A stretch of DNA of 64,000 nucleotides from Lingula anatina (Eukaryota; Animalia; Brachiopoda). Location: NCBI GenBank assembly GCA_051362555.1, contig CM120645.1, positions 11,098,001 through 11,162,000 of the forward strand, read 5' to 3'. The position numbers and the translations under genes were made by a program. This document shows positions 26,267-37,594 of this stretch, one piece after another. The notes under the pieces were generated by a model that saw nothing but the letters and a program-made list of their open reading frames with translations, did no database searches and was not told the DNA's origin. Every line of letters starts with the position of its first letter. Within the stretch, counting starts at the first letter, position 1.

Positions 26267-26509
26267 ATGATGAGACTCGTGATCTTCGCTATGATCATTG
26301 CCTGTGCTCTTGCCGCCGGCTACGGCAGCTATGGCTACAGACGCGGCTACGGCTATGCTGACGCCGGCTACGGCTATGGCAAGGTCCACGCCTACGGCAA
26401 CTACGCCGGTTACGGCCATGGTTACGGTTATGGCAGAGGTTATGGCGGTTACGGATATGGAAGAGGCTATGGCGGTTATGGCCACGGCTATTACGGAAAA
26501 AAGTATTAA
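26267..26509 (+). CDS. Small secreted Gly/Tyr-rich protein (GY copy 2, 80 aa)
   Basis: MMRLVIFAMIIACALA signal-like segment, GYG/GRGYGGYG repeats with His, ending YYGKKY. Confidence 0.9.
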   Translation: MMRLVIFAMIIACALAAGYGSYGYRRGYGYADAGYGYGKVHAYGNYAGYGHGYGYGRGYGGYGYGRGYGGYGHGYYGKKY

Positions 26510-27476
26510 ACTCGCATGGAAGAACATCAGCATTAATTATATAGTAAGTTTGTATTGATTGAGCTTTTTAAAATATAATCGCATTGATTGTCGATAACGC
26601 AAAGTACTTACGTAGATATCTTTTACAAAGAATTATTTTAGAAGACTGACAAAAATGAATGCCAGCAAAAACAGACGGCAGTATTTTGTTACAAACGTGA
26701 ACGCCTTTAAGATTTTATTTCTTTTATTTATTGTAAGATATCTGTAAAGGGTGTTGGTCTGAAACCGCAGGTTTGATGAGGCTATTTTATCTTAGTCACT
26801 TTTATTTTGCGTCCGAGTTCCGCGACGCGACGCTTTACGATTACTGCACTTTTGCCTACGCTTTATAAAGGGAGAAAACAATAGTCATTAAACTGTTCAG
26901 TTTCTCCGTATGGAATTATTCCTACAAATATGGCTAGTGAAAATGTATGGTTATGCAGTTTTCCCATTCTTTGCAGGTATGACACCAATATCCATCCCGT
27001 TTCATGATCGGCAGGCTGAACCCGACACAGACCTAGATGGCGCCACCTTACGGGACGCGAACCCAGGACCTTGTTGAGTTTCCTGACAGAGACCAACCTA
27101 CCAAACCTGAACGACAAACCATAGACATTCGATTTACAGTAACCAAAAGCCAAGCCCATGCTATTTTATGTATTAAAGTGTAAAATAAAAACATAAAAAT
27201 TACAGTTGAGATTATCTTTTTTCTGGTAGCATTTCAACTCACAAATATCCAAGCAACGCTATACTTGCAGTTTCATTTGTTGACTCGTTTAAATATTGCT
27301 TTATTAACACATCTTTCTCGCTTAAAATTTACATTTTCATATTGAAGATCTGTAGAAACATTCACCTTAGACCCGTAATGAAGGGTGATATTAGAATGCG
27401 TAGCATCTCCATGCTATGAACATGGTTAAATCCACCTTTTCCACTTTTGCACTTCTGAGGCGTTTTCGCAGGTTGT

Positions 27477-27478
<2 letters not shown>

Positions 27479-27541
<63 letters not shown>
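27479..27541. repeat. (AG)n microsatellite
   Basis: Seen directly in the sequence. Confidence 0.95.
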
Positions 27542-27893
27542 ATCAAAAACAGATCAAAGGCGAGGGTTGATATAAGTTTCCATGCATTGTCAATTTTTGG
27601 TAATTCTGTATTTTTCTAATTACCGAAATGTTCTCTGGTATCCATATCACTAATTTATTCTCTTGCTTTAAATTTAATAAACGTCTGTGAGCTTATTCCT
27701 GTCAACATAGCATACAGGTATCGTTCAAGAGTTATTAGCGCAAAAAAATAAAATGATTTACCATGCGTCAGTGTCAATATTCAAGTCATTATTGGCCATG
27801 ACTTGCTGAGTTCCAGCCCAACCCAAAAAAATCCCTCTTGATGATTAAATAGCATACTGTTATATACATATAGGTTCGTTCACAGGTCAGGGG

Positions 27894-29156
27894 TCAGAGG
27901 TCAGTTGGTGGAAAACATGAACCGTGTTGTTTTATTATTTCTGAAGCACTGTACCACTTTGTTGGTTCGCTGGGATCGTTAAGCTTCCTGCATATATCGC
28001 AGTAACTATGCTTCCAGTCAACAACCTTGTAGTTTCTTTTTGCTCTCAGTAAGGCGGCGTAGCTCTCATCATCTTGATCAAGACGTTTGAGATACTCTGC
28101 CAGATCCTTTGGAGATTTGAAATCTCGGGTGTCTATGTGTAATATCGGCGGAACTCCAAGTTCGCTGTAATTTGCCAGAGACCGTGTAACGGGAATAATA
28201 TGTAAGGGAATCATATAGAAAAATTTCTCTGTCACGTAGCTCTCTGCAAAACTATTCTCAAATGCTAAGTAAAATTTGTAGTCGTTGTTTAGCAACTCAT
28301 GGCAACGCGCGTCACCTCGCGCACATACAAGAGGCCCACACCTCCCGTACACGTCGACTGGGATGTATTTCTGTAACTCTTCTACGTATTCTTCTCGTCT
28401 GCTGCTAGTGGGGCAGTGACTGACCATCCAAGCTACCAGTTTCGTTTTCTTCTTAGTGATCGATAACGCCTGTTCTTTTGACAAACCAGGGCCCTCCCCC
28501 TTACTGAAAACCACCCTGGCGTACGGACTGTAGATGTCGCTATTCTTCGTGTACCTCATTGTCCAGTTAAAAAGCCCATCCCAGTCAGACCACTTGTTAA
28601 AGCTCTCACAGGGACTTTCATGGTTGACCAGTATCCACCGGCCATGCGGGTTTTTCTGCGGGATTGTGACTCTCCTGATGCAATGTTGAAAAAAGAGGAC
28701 AGCGTCAGCTTCTTTCACTTTCGTTCTGTCGGCTGTCCAGAAGCAGTTGTTTTCAGGACACTGGAGGTCCTCAAACGTCGGCCCCGGCCTCTCGTTTAGA
28801 TTCAGATAGTCACACTTTTTAGCTGGGGTCCAATATAAGATCATTTTTCTTTTGGAGCCCGGTGTCTTTGACAAAGTTGCCATTTTGGTAGGGGACCCGG
28901 GCACTTGGGCCTTTGAGAGTTGTCGTGGAGATGGTGTTGGCCACGTTAGTGTCTCTGCCATTACTGAATATGGTATCTCCTGCTGTACGCTGTCTTCTGT
29001 GGCGATGTGTTGCAGTAGCGGAGGGGAGGGTAACCCAAACAGATTGTTCACCCACAGGTACAAGGGCACCAGGCACGCACTGATTATAACAGCGTTAAAA
29101 ATTAGCCTAAGTCTCCTTGGCCTACCACACCGCAGGTCTCTGGTGAGCAGGCCCAT
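27894..29156 (-). CDS. GT10 alpha-1,3-fucosyltransferase (copy 5, intact, intronless CDS)
   Basis: 420-aa ORF with TM anchor, Pro/Ser/Thr-rich stem, NHESP, FNWTMRY, VAWMVSHC, YKFYLAFENSFAESYVTEK, YCDIC. Acceptor-like TTCTTGTTTCAG about 40 nt upstream suggests a 5' UTR intron. Confidence 0.93.
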   Translation of the reverse strand: MGLLTRDLRCGRPRRLRLIFNAVIISACLVPLYLWVNNLFGLPSPPLLQHIATEDSVQQEIPYSVMAETLTWPTPSPRQLSKAQVPGSPTKMATLSKTPGSKRKMILYWTPAKKCDYLNLNERPGPTFEDLQCPENNCFWTADRTKVKEADAVLFFQHCIRRVTIPQKNPHGRWILVNHESPCESFNKWSDWDGLFNWTMRYTKNSDIYSPYARVVFSKGEGPGLSKEQALSITKKKTKLVAWMVSHCPTSSRREEYVEELQKYIPVDVYGRCGPLVCARGDARCHELLNNDYKFYLAFENSFAESYVTEKFFYMIPLHIIPVTRSLANYSELGVPPILHIDTRDFKSPKDLAEYLKRLDQDDESYAALLRAKRNYKVVDWKHSYCDICRKLNDPSEPTKWYSASEIIKQHGSCFPPTDL

Positions 29157-29960
29157 TGTTCTGATGCAAGTGCCGTCCGAGGCTCTCTTTCTCAGTCTGA
29201 AACAAGAAGTTGATCCAAAGACAAAAAGAACTGTGTTCTGAACAACAGTTTAAATTTCAATTGACTTGATGTTAGGACGAATCACAGGGACCAAATAAAC
29301 AATCTGTATTATTTTGATTTTAAATGCTTTTAAGCTTGAAAAGTTTTTAAAGGTTTCTTAAAAGGATAAAAATTAAGGAATAAGAATCATCATTTTTGAC
29401 GTAGATCACTTGATGTGGTAGTGGTATATACGTATTGAATTAGGCCGTCCTAACCGTACTGAAAACCCATTTTGACTTTTAGTTTGAACTAGCTCAAATT
29501 TTAGGATCAACGATTTGACTAAAATTTTCCTAAATCTCTTGTCAAGTAAATATAAATATTTCCTACATCAGCGTAGTCTAACATATCCAGAACTATAGAA
29601 AGCCAATAATCATATTTTGCGTTTGATTGGGTATGACCTTCAGTACTTCACTGTTAAAAAAGCTGGCTTCCTACCAGTTAATGATATTACTACTTACAAT
29701 ACTGATTGAATTAAGTGAATTCATTGACTTACGCTCTTTTAATGGGGTTTCTCTCCTGTTGTACGTAGCACATAGGAAAATACACCTGTGACGTGTCTCT
29801 CCCTGACAGAGTTGATATGACAATTCCTATGCATTATTAAGAATACCCTCAGAATCTCCAAAGCAATACAGATTCCCTAAACACAGATATAAAGTACTTA
29901 TTTTATTTATGAGTTCAATACCAAGAAACCGCAAGCTGAGTTTTAACTAAATGCGATTTA

Positions 29961-30218
29961 GAGATAATTCCCAGACCCTATCGTACTAACTTTGGATCAA
30001 ACTATCTCCAAGGGGATTCTCGCTTTATTGCAATTAACTTAAGCGGCTTAGATGTTTGTCACGCCTACTGAAGCTGATAGGGGGGCAATTAACTATCGTG
30101 TAGCAGCTTTAGTAGGCGTCCGAGACATCTAAGCCACTTAAGCTGAAAGCAATTTCGCGAGAAACCCCGTGGAGAAGGACCGATTTTGTTATATCGATCT
30201 AGGGATGGGAATCCAGTC
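29961..30218. mobile_element. Diverged, partly palindromic relative of MITE family B
   Basis: TTA-flanked; ends ATTCCCAGACCCTA / TAGGGATGGGAATC; contains cgcctactgaagctg..gggggcaattaactatcgtg and its mirror agtaggcgtc..gacatctaagcc. Confidence 0.6.
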
Positions 30219-31749
30219 TTAGGGATGGGAATCCTCGCTTGATTGCAACCCGTGATGTGATTCCAACCAATATGAAAGTCATAATGCTCATTGCGACCTA
30301 ATCTATTTTCTCTTCAGTTTATCGAGGATGAAATAATAAAAACATAATAATCAGACTGAGAGTTTTCATTCGTGGAGTTATCATGAAAGTTATTGAACTA
30401 AATCTAATCTGTATGTGGCTTATCGTGGTATTAGTACACGGCGGGGGAGGTGGGGGGGGGGGGGGGTTGAGTGGGAGAGGGATGCCAAAAAAATCCTCGA
30501 AACACACCTCTCTTAACATGAGTTATACTCGATATAATCCTTAAGATTGAAAACGTTCAAAGTCATTAAGAGACACGCACGTGGTCTAAAATGGTTTGGA
30601 TACAGTGTTTTGCAGGGGCAGATCTAGGGTTATTTGAAGGGGGGTCCGTGGATGCCGACCCTCCTCCCCCTCCCCAACACTTGGCGTGGGTTTGGTACGG
30701 TTTAGAACTATGATTCAGCTATTCAAAATTCTAATTTCAAGAGGGGACCAGAAATCGACAGCAATGTTGTCCTTGTAGAGGGCCGAAGAACCAAAGCAGC
30801 TCAACTAACACATCTAAGACACATTTCAGAGCGTTATGTTGACGGCTATGATGACGACATGAGAGAAGGTAAATCTAATGGTAGACTCAGGAAGGAGTAC
30901 AGCAATCCACCGCTGTTCAACCTGTATCACCGCTTTTCAACCTGGAAATGAGTTTCAGAGACCCCATCTTTTTCACCTCTGTCATCTCACACTACCGGAT
31001 GAAATCAGAACATGCACCCTCTCAATACGATATGGACTAGTTATAGCGCAGAACTTTGCCAGAATTTTTTTGATTCAATTTAATATCGATGCAATTTCAT
31101 TGATGTATTCATCTATGAAATTCCGGTCTGAAATCGGTTTCATTCGCCGATTAGGAGGCCAGAATTTTATCACAACACTTCTAATAAGATTACAGCAAGC
31201 GTGTTGCGTGGGGTTCCAGCTGAAAGGCGGCAGGCCCATATGGACGTAATTCTTTCATCAACCAGATTTCTTTTAATCTACCGTTATCCAATCCTGCGTT
31301 TTTATCTACTTCTCTTTGAAACGCCGCCTTTGTTTGCACTGCGTGAAAGAAAAATTGTGAACTAAGGACACGTTCAGACGAGGGCGATTTTGGACCGAAA
31401 GTGGGTATAACTTGCGTCATCAATAACCTAAATTATAAAATACTTTGTCGCTATAATATAATCTTGTCGTCTGATACATGTAACATAAGCTAGGGCGATT
31501 TTCAGGTTAATGATGGTTTTGTCTGAGCAGACCAACAAGTGTATTAAGGACGTTTTCAGACGCACATTCTCGTGCAGGCTATTAAATTACTTTTGGTATT
31601 TAGAACAAAGCGAAATGTTGTTTTCCTCAAAGGCCCATATTGTTTCCTTTAGATGGGCCTTTGTGTGGTCTGATTACGCTAATTCTGGCCGGTTGTGAAA
31701 AACAATGAATCAGAGGGGGGAACTGTAGTCATTTTTTGCCATGCTTGGT

Positions 31750-31783
<34 letters not shown>

Positions 31784-32632
31784 GAGTCTGTATCACATTG
31801 TTAAAACAACAATCGGAATTATATTTCTATCTTGGAAGCAGATACTCCGATCGCTGTAACATATCAGCTCATGGACTCAAACAGGAGCACCCTTTTAATT
31901 TATATTACTTCCCAACTTAACCGACGAGTGAAACGTTAACCGCAAAGTTTGACATCCGTTATATGATACAAGGGCAAAAAAATAAACAAATATCTAATGG
32001 TCTCCTCGTCCTGCATACATACACAGCGCATCCAACATGCCGCGCCAGAGCTCAACATCAAAAATACACGATTATTATAACATTCCGTCAAAATCATCGA
32101 TAATTTTCTGAATGGTGGCGAGTGGTGGAAGGTTTCCCTAATTGGTTTCAACTAGGTTTAAATGACGGATGCATTCCAGTATTAATCCGGTCACAGCGGG
32201 AGGGGCCCGTGTCTCAATATCGCTGGTTCCAGGGCGCCAACCCTTTGTACTGGGAGCTAGCGTGTAAGCACGCAGCCAATCTTCGCCGCTTTACAGCTCC
32301 GAGAGTGTGTTTCTTATTAGCCATATTTTAAGGAAGGGTCATAGCTCTAACACGGGATACAGTAGGCCTTGCAACAGGGAGGTTACAGCCAAATTGAACC
32401 ATAAAGGGAGTGTGAGCGGCGTTTGCCTTAATGTGAGTGAACAGCGACGTGTGCGAGCGCAGATATTTACCACGCCGCACCGAGAAGAGATACTTAAGAC
32501 CTGCTTCCCCTGCTTTGCGTTCTTGACGACGTGTATTAGGAACTTGAGTGAGAGTACATCGGTATACCTGCCAAAAGTGACAGCCTGTGAGCACTTTAAG
32601 ACGCAACCACTCAAGAGAGCGGAGGACACGTT

Positions 32633-32640
32633 TATAAATA
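32633..32640 (+). promoter_or_regulatory. Candidate TATA box of the WIF1-like gene
   Basis: TATAAATA 300 bp upstream of ATG 32933, at the end of a relatively CpG-rich stretch. Confidence 0.45.
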
Positions 32641-32932
32641 CCGAGGCAGATTGACATGGGCAACCCTTGTTCCTGAACAGCGAGGAAAAAGAGGCAACCA
32701 AACAGAAGCGTGTTCTCTCTCTCCTTTGGTGTTTTTTTCCTTCCCATTTGTTATCAAACTAAACCTGAGAGGGCTCGTTGATGCTAGCCACTGTGTATAT
32801 GACGTCTCAAGACTTCTCATGTCCGCTCTAAGTGATTTTTAAAAGCACCGGTTAAAGTTTGCATTCAAAACCAAGTGCTCCTTGAGTGTTTGCTTTCTCT
32901 GCACGACGGCTGCTGGTATCACAGGAGCCAGT

Positions 32933-33132
32933 ATGATAGGGCTTGTGTTTTTACTGTGCTTGTCTATGGTGTATGGTGGCACGGAAGCCCGTGTCCGAAG
33001 GTTTGACAGGCAGAGAAGTGGTCAGCACCTCAGTGACCAAACGAGTGGGCAGCACAGTCGCCAGCTGAACCTGTATATCGATGAGGAGCAGGTGGAACAG
33101 TACGTAGGTAAGAGAATATACGTGTACGTGTA

Positions 33133-33179
<47 letters not shown>

Positions 33180-35723
33180 TCGCCATTAGAATTAGCCAAC
33201 AGCAAGAAGCGCTGTCGATGTGGTTTGATCAAGGGGTGGACACATCTGTTTAGCATGCTCTTGAATATTTTATTATTGTTGAACTGAGAATGGATTTAGA
33301 GGGGCCGGCTCTGGAGTACTGCAAAAGGGGTTGGGGGTAGCGGTATTGATGAATCAGTGTAGTAAGATGGTGTAAGTTAACCACAAGAGGAGGCTTTTTA
33401 TTCTCTTCAAAATACGGTTTGTTTTAATGTGGTCGAGTTGTTGATTTAGTCGTCCTTTTTAGAGTTTAACTTGCGTGTCATTCCAATATGCTATTTTAAG
33501 CCACATTAAGATTTAATTTTTTAACAATAAAATGCATATTCTCCTATTTTTTTATTACTGTTAGGTTATTTCGGTATCAAAATGTCCCAAATGCTTTCTT
33601 TGCCGGCGATTCCTTGTAAACATCTAAAAGGTTTCACAAAACAGCCGCTCACTGTCAAAATAAACATCGAGGCATTTGTTAAAACACTTCTTTTCCGTAA
33701 ATACAAGTACTCTGTTATGAAAATATGTTTCTTTTCACATCTTTTAAGCAATGCCAGTTATATCCCTATTGTTACAGATTTTCGAGCATACTGGTTACTA
33801 ACACACTTCATGTCCACTGTTTCATTTACATCTAGAACATCATAAACAATATTATATACTACGAAACTGTACACTTAAAAACGTAAAATAAAAACAACAT
33901 GATAAACTACGAAACTACTTAAAAGTAAAATAAAAGCAACTTCGGCAAACAATGGAAAATCCTTGCTGCTCTGTCTCTTTCTTTTGAAATGCAGATCAAC
34001 AGGCGAAAGTAGATAAGTTTGTCAAAGAAGTAAGTCAAATGTAAATTTGATAAATCAGACATTGATCAAATTTTAATTTAAAGGTATACTGTGATGAAAA
34101 AACGGGTTAAAACTATCCATTAGGTGCCCAAAAGTCATTTTTGAGTAATGAAAAAAAGTTATTACGTTAATTTAGTTTTTAAAGCCGATTTTATGCAGGT
34201 GTGAATGTAGTTTACGATACTCCCGCGTGGTGGCGCTTTGAGGCGAGTGACGTCACTGGCGTCGAGGCTCAGAAAGCCATATTCGATTCAGCTATCCGCT
34301 TACTTACATTTATACTCGATCGCTTTGTCTGAACTATTTTGTAAAAATGAACAGAGAACGAATTGAAGGATATTTGTTTGACCTGATTCCCTACGTGGTT
34401 ATCATTTATTAATCAACAAAATACACCAAAACTATGTTAACAGTAAAGGTTTGGAAGCAGGGCACCGAACATAGTTTTTCACACATGCCCATCTGTCGCG
34501 TCGGCTGAACGTTCTTATCCCGACTGATAAGAGAAAGTTACCTAATACATGCAGGTGTGACAGCTAACATTATTTTTCACACCCGTGCAGTTTACCAGTG
34601 TCATTCCGGGAGAGCCAGGTCAGTGGACAAAAGGCCAAAGATATCGGACTGATAGCATCGGACACTACATTTCACACCTCTGCAACTTACCTCGCTACTT
34701 CCGCCTTACACGTGATCAGTGCAGCAGCATGTCGAGTAAAAATTTGATTCCACTATCATGTTATATTAAAGTTTTCACTACAAACTTTTTTTGGGCTCTA
34801 GAAGCTGCTCTCTTCTTCCTTTCGACGGCCGCATCATGCACACATCCTACAGGTAAGACTCGCGTCGGCAGCGCTCTGGCATTTACTGTCGCATTTTGGT
34901 ACTCCGAAAAATTGAGTATACTAGGTACAGCATCATCTTTTAGTTTTCTCCGTGCTTTTCCACCGCACAATTCAGCTCGCATGTCACGTACGAAGCATTC
35001 CCGCTCGAAGTGGTCGCTACAGATCCTCGCGTGTTTTGACACTGTGCTGGGATTTTTTAACTTCAGAGAATTGAGGCAAATTTTACGTTTTGCGGCATCC
35101 GCAGGCAGGACATAATAGCAGATGTCTTTCTTATCGTAACCTACATTACGGCACCCGGGAGCAACACAACTTTGCGGCATTTTGTTTTTCTGACACCTGG
35201 ATGTTTAGTCACCTACTGCATAGTAGGCCTATATACTATTACTAGTACAGCTGTGGAAAGCTACTCCCCGGGTTACGTCACTAGAAACTGACCAATCAGA
35301 ATTTTCTCATCTAAATCTCATCTTTTCTCTCTAAAACTTAAAAAGAACAATTTTTTTAAGTCGATTTATAGTTTTTATACTGTAAAAAAAGCAGTGAACG
35401 CTCTGTGTTCCTAGAGCACAGTAGGCCTTTAATAAGTTAATTCCTGGAATTAGAATGCCTTTTACCATGCTGTAAAATATAAGTTACATATAGCTTGATG
35501 TGTGTCTTCTTAAGCACCGATGAGTTTAAAAGAAAATATGCTTTTTTTACTGATTAATTAAGAAATAATGTTTGTGTTTGTGAATGTGTTCGTGTCCGTT
35601 CACTGGTGTGAGCGTGCGTATTCGTGTTTACATGCACTTCACGCATTTGTGCGTGTTTTGTTCGTTTGTGTGTACGCTTGCTTGCACTATATATCTTTTA
35701 CGTTAGTGCTCGCGTGCGCGTGT

Positions 35724-35769
<46 letters not shown>

Positions 35770-37437
35770 AAAGGTACACGTACATCTTTTTACATACATG
35801 TTATGCGGCCATGAAATGTGACATATTTAAAAAAATGAAACTTTCAAAAACTGCAAAACTTCAATGAATAACTTGACGCACACAGTGCACAGGACACTGC
35901 CTCGTAGTATGACTTATTCCGACCTCACGCAGGGATTATAATTTCTTACTAATTTATAGCTTCCGAGCCTTGCGGCTCTAGGGAAAACCGAGAAATAAAT
36001 AATGGGGGATCTTTTAAATTGTCCAACTTTTGTTGTTCTATCTCTAAATTCAAGGAAATGAACATTGGTTATTCATTAAGAGTATTACACGTATCGACGA
36101 AAGATAAGTTTTTACTGTGATTGGTTCAAATATCAAAATGATGCAACAAGAACCACGCTTTACATGTGGTGTTTATACCACGGCCATAGCTCGGTTGATA
36201 CTCTTCCCTAGTGTGGAATTTCTCCAGATTTAGTGTTCAGATGATGCTGGCCCCAGGGGTGTTATATTCCCTACCTGGGACCTTTCTACCTTTTATAAAA
36301 CTATTAGGGCAGCTACATGTATAAGGGCTTCTGGCACATGTAGTGCCCTCTACCGGGGCCGCATAGAATAGTGCAGAGAATAGTGTCATGAAATAGCCAG
36401 AGAAATACCTGTGAATATCTGGTGAAAAAAATCAGTAGTTGGTCGTGGTAGAGGGTACCTTGGTAGAGAGTAAAGGAGATGACAGGGCACTACTACTCTT
36501 CCAAACCCCAGCCAAGGGCCTAGTGACATATTAACTAATGCTGTAACAATTTAAATCGAAACATCCGTTCTTTACGCTAATTTAAAGATTTCAGTTGTCC
36601 TCAAATTCAGTAAAGGGTTATGTCAATACTCAATTCCAGAAGAACCGGTAACAACTGGTTGATTCTAACCCCATGCACTTTCACTCGACAGTCTCTTTAG
36701 CCTAGAAAAAGTTGCCGCTGTTGACGATAACATAAAAAAAACAGTCAATTGGAATATAGCTGAATCTTTTTATTGCGTTCTTCGAACCCAAATTGCACTC
36801 GTTAACATAACACCCAAACCAACAGCAATTATTCCCGTCTTCGACTTTGAGAGCGCGCGGTGGCAGGCAGTAGCACGGCCTCAATCAACGCACCACGGAC
36901 TTTGCACGTATAATAAGAAATTCATCAAGTCGTTATTGAAGCTCCCTGAGCTCAGGAGGTTTAATGGCAATGGTTTTTCTCTCTACCCACGATGCATTTT
37001 CCAAAACAGTGACGATAAAAAATGTTTTCTCTATTAGTTGTAGTTTACTCTTGTTTGTTTATCTTTTTGCGCCAATAAACGTTTAACAGAAAAAAGCTTA
37101 TACCGTGTGGAGAAAAGTCACTGTCTATACGCTGAAATTCAGGGTGCCTGAGATGGAATTCTGCGAACAGAATCTGTCGGTGGCGTTCTGGAATAATTGA
37201 GTCAGTTTTCATCAGTTGTCGTCACCCTCACAGCCGGTGTCTGAACTAGTTCTCCAGATCAAAGCGCGACATTTGATTTAATCCGTTCTGTGGCCGCAGT
37301 GCCCATTTATAAGGCCAATACAGGCCTATCCGAGCTGCAGATAACAGGAGAAAAAAATTAAAAGAGGGAGGGTTGGGAAGAGGAGGATCTTTGCATCATT
37401 TCGTAGAGACAAGGGCATGAAGGAATATAATAAAGTA

Positions 37438-37472
<35 letters not shown>

Positions 37473-37554
37473 AAGATAGGAGGTCGTGAAATGGAATTCT
37501 ACCTTATTACCAAAACGTTAAGATATGTGACAGATGATATACAATAAACAAGAC

Positions 37555-37594
<40 letters not shown>

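Noticed and set aside
26990-27195. Possible 3' end of a LINE (RTLLSFLTETNL-like peptide followed by an A-rich tail)
   Set aside because: Too short and ambiguous in strand to call without a search.
30613-30680. CAGGGGCAGATCTAGGG, resembling a hAT-type MITE terminus
   Set aside because: No matching opposite end or TSD found.
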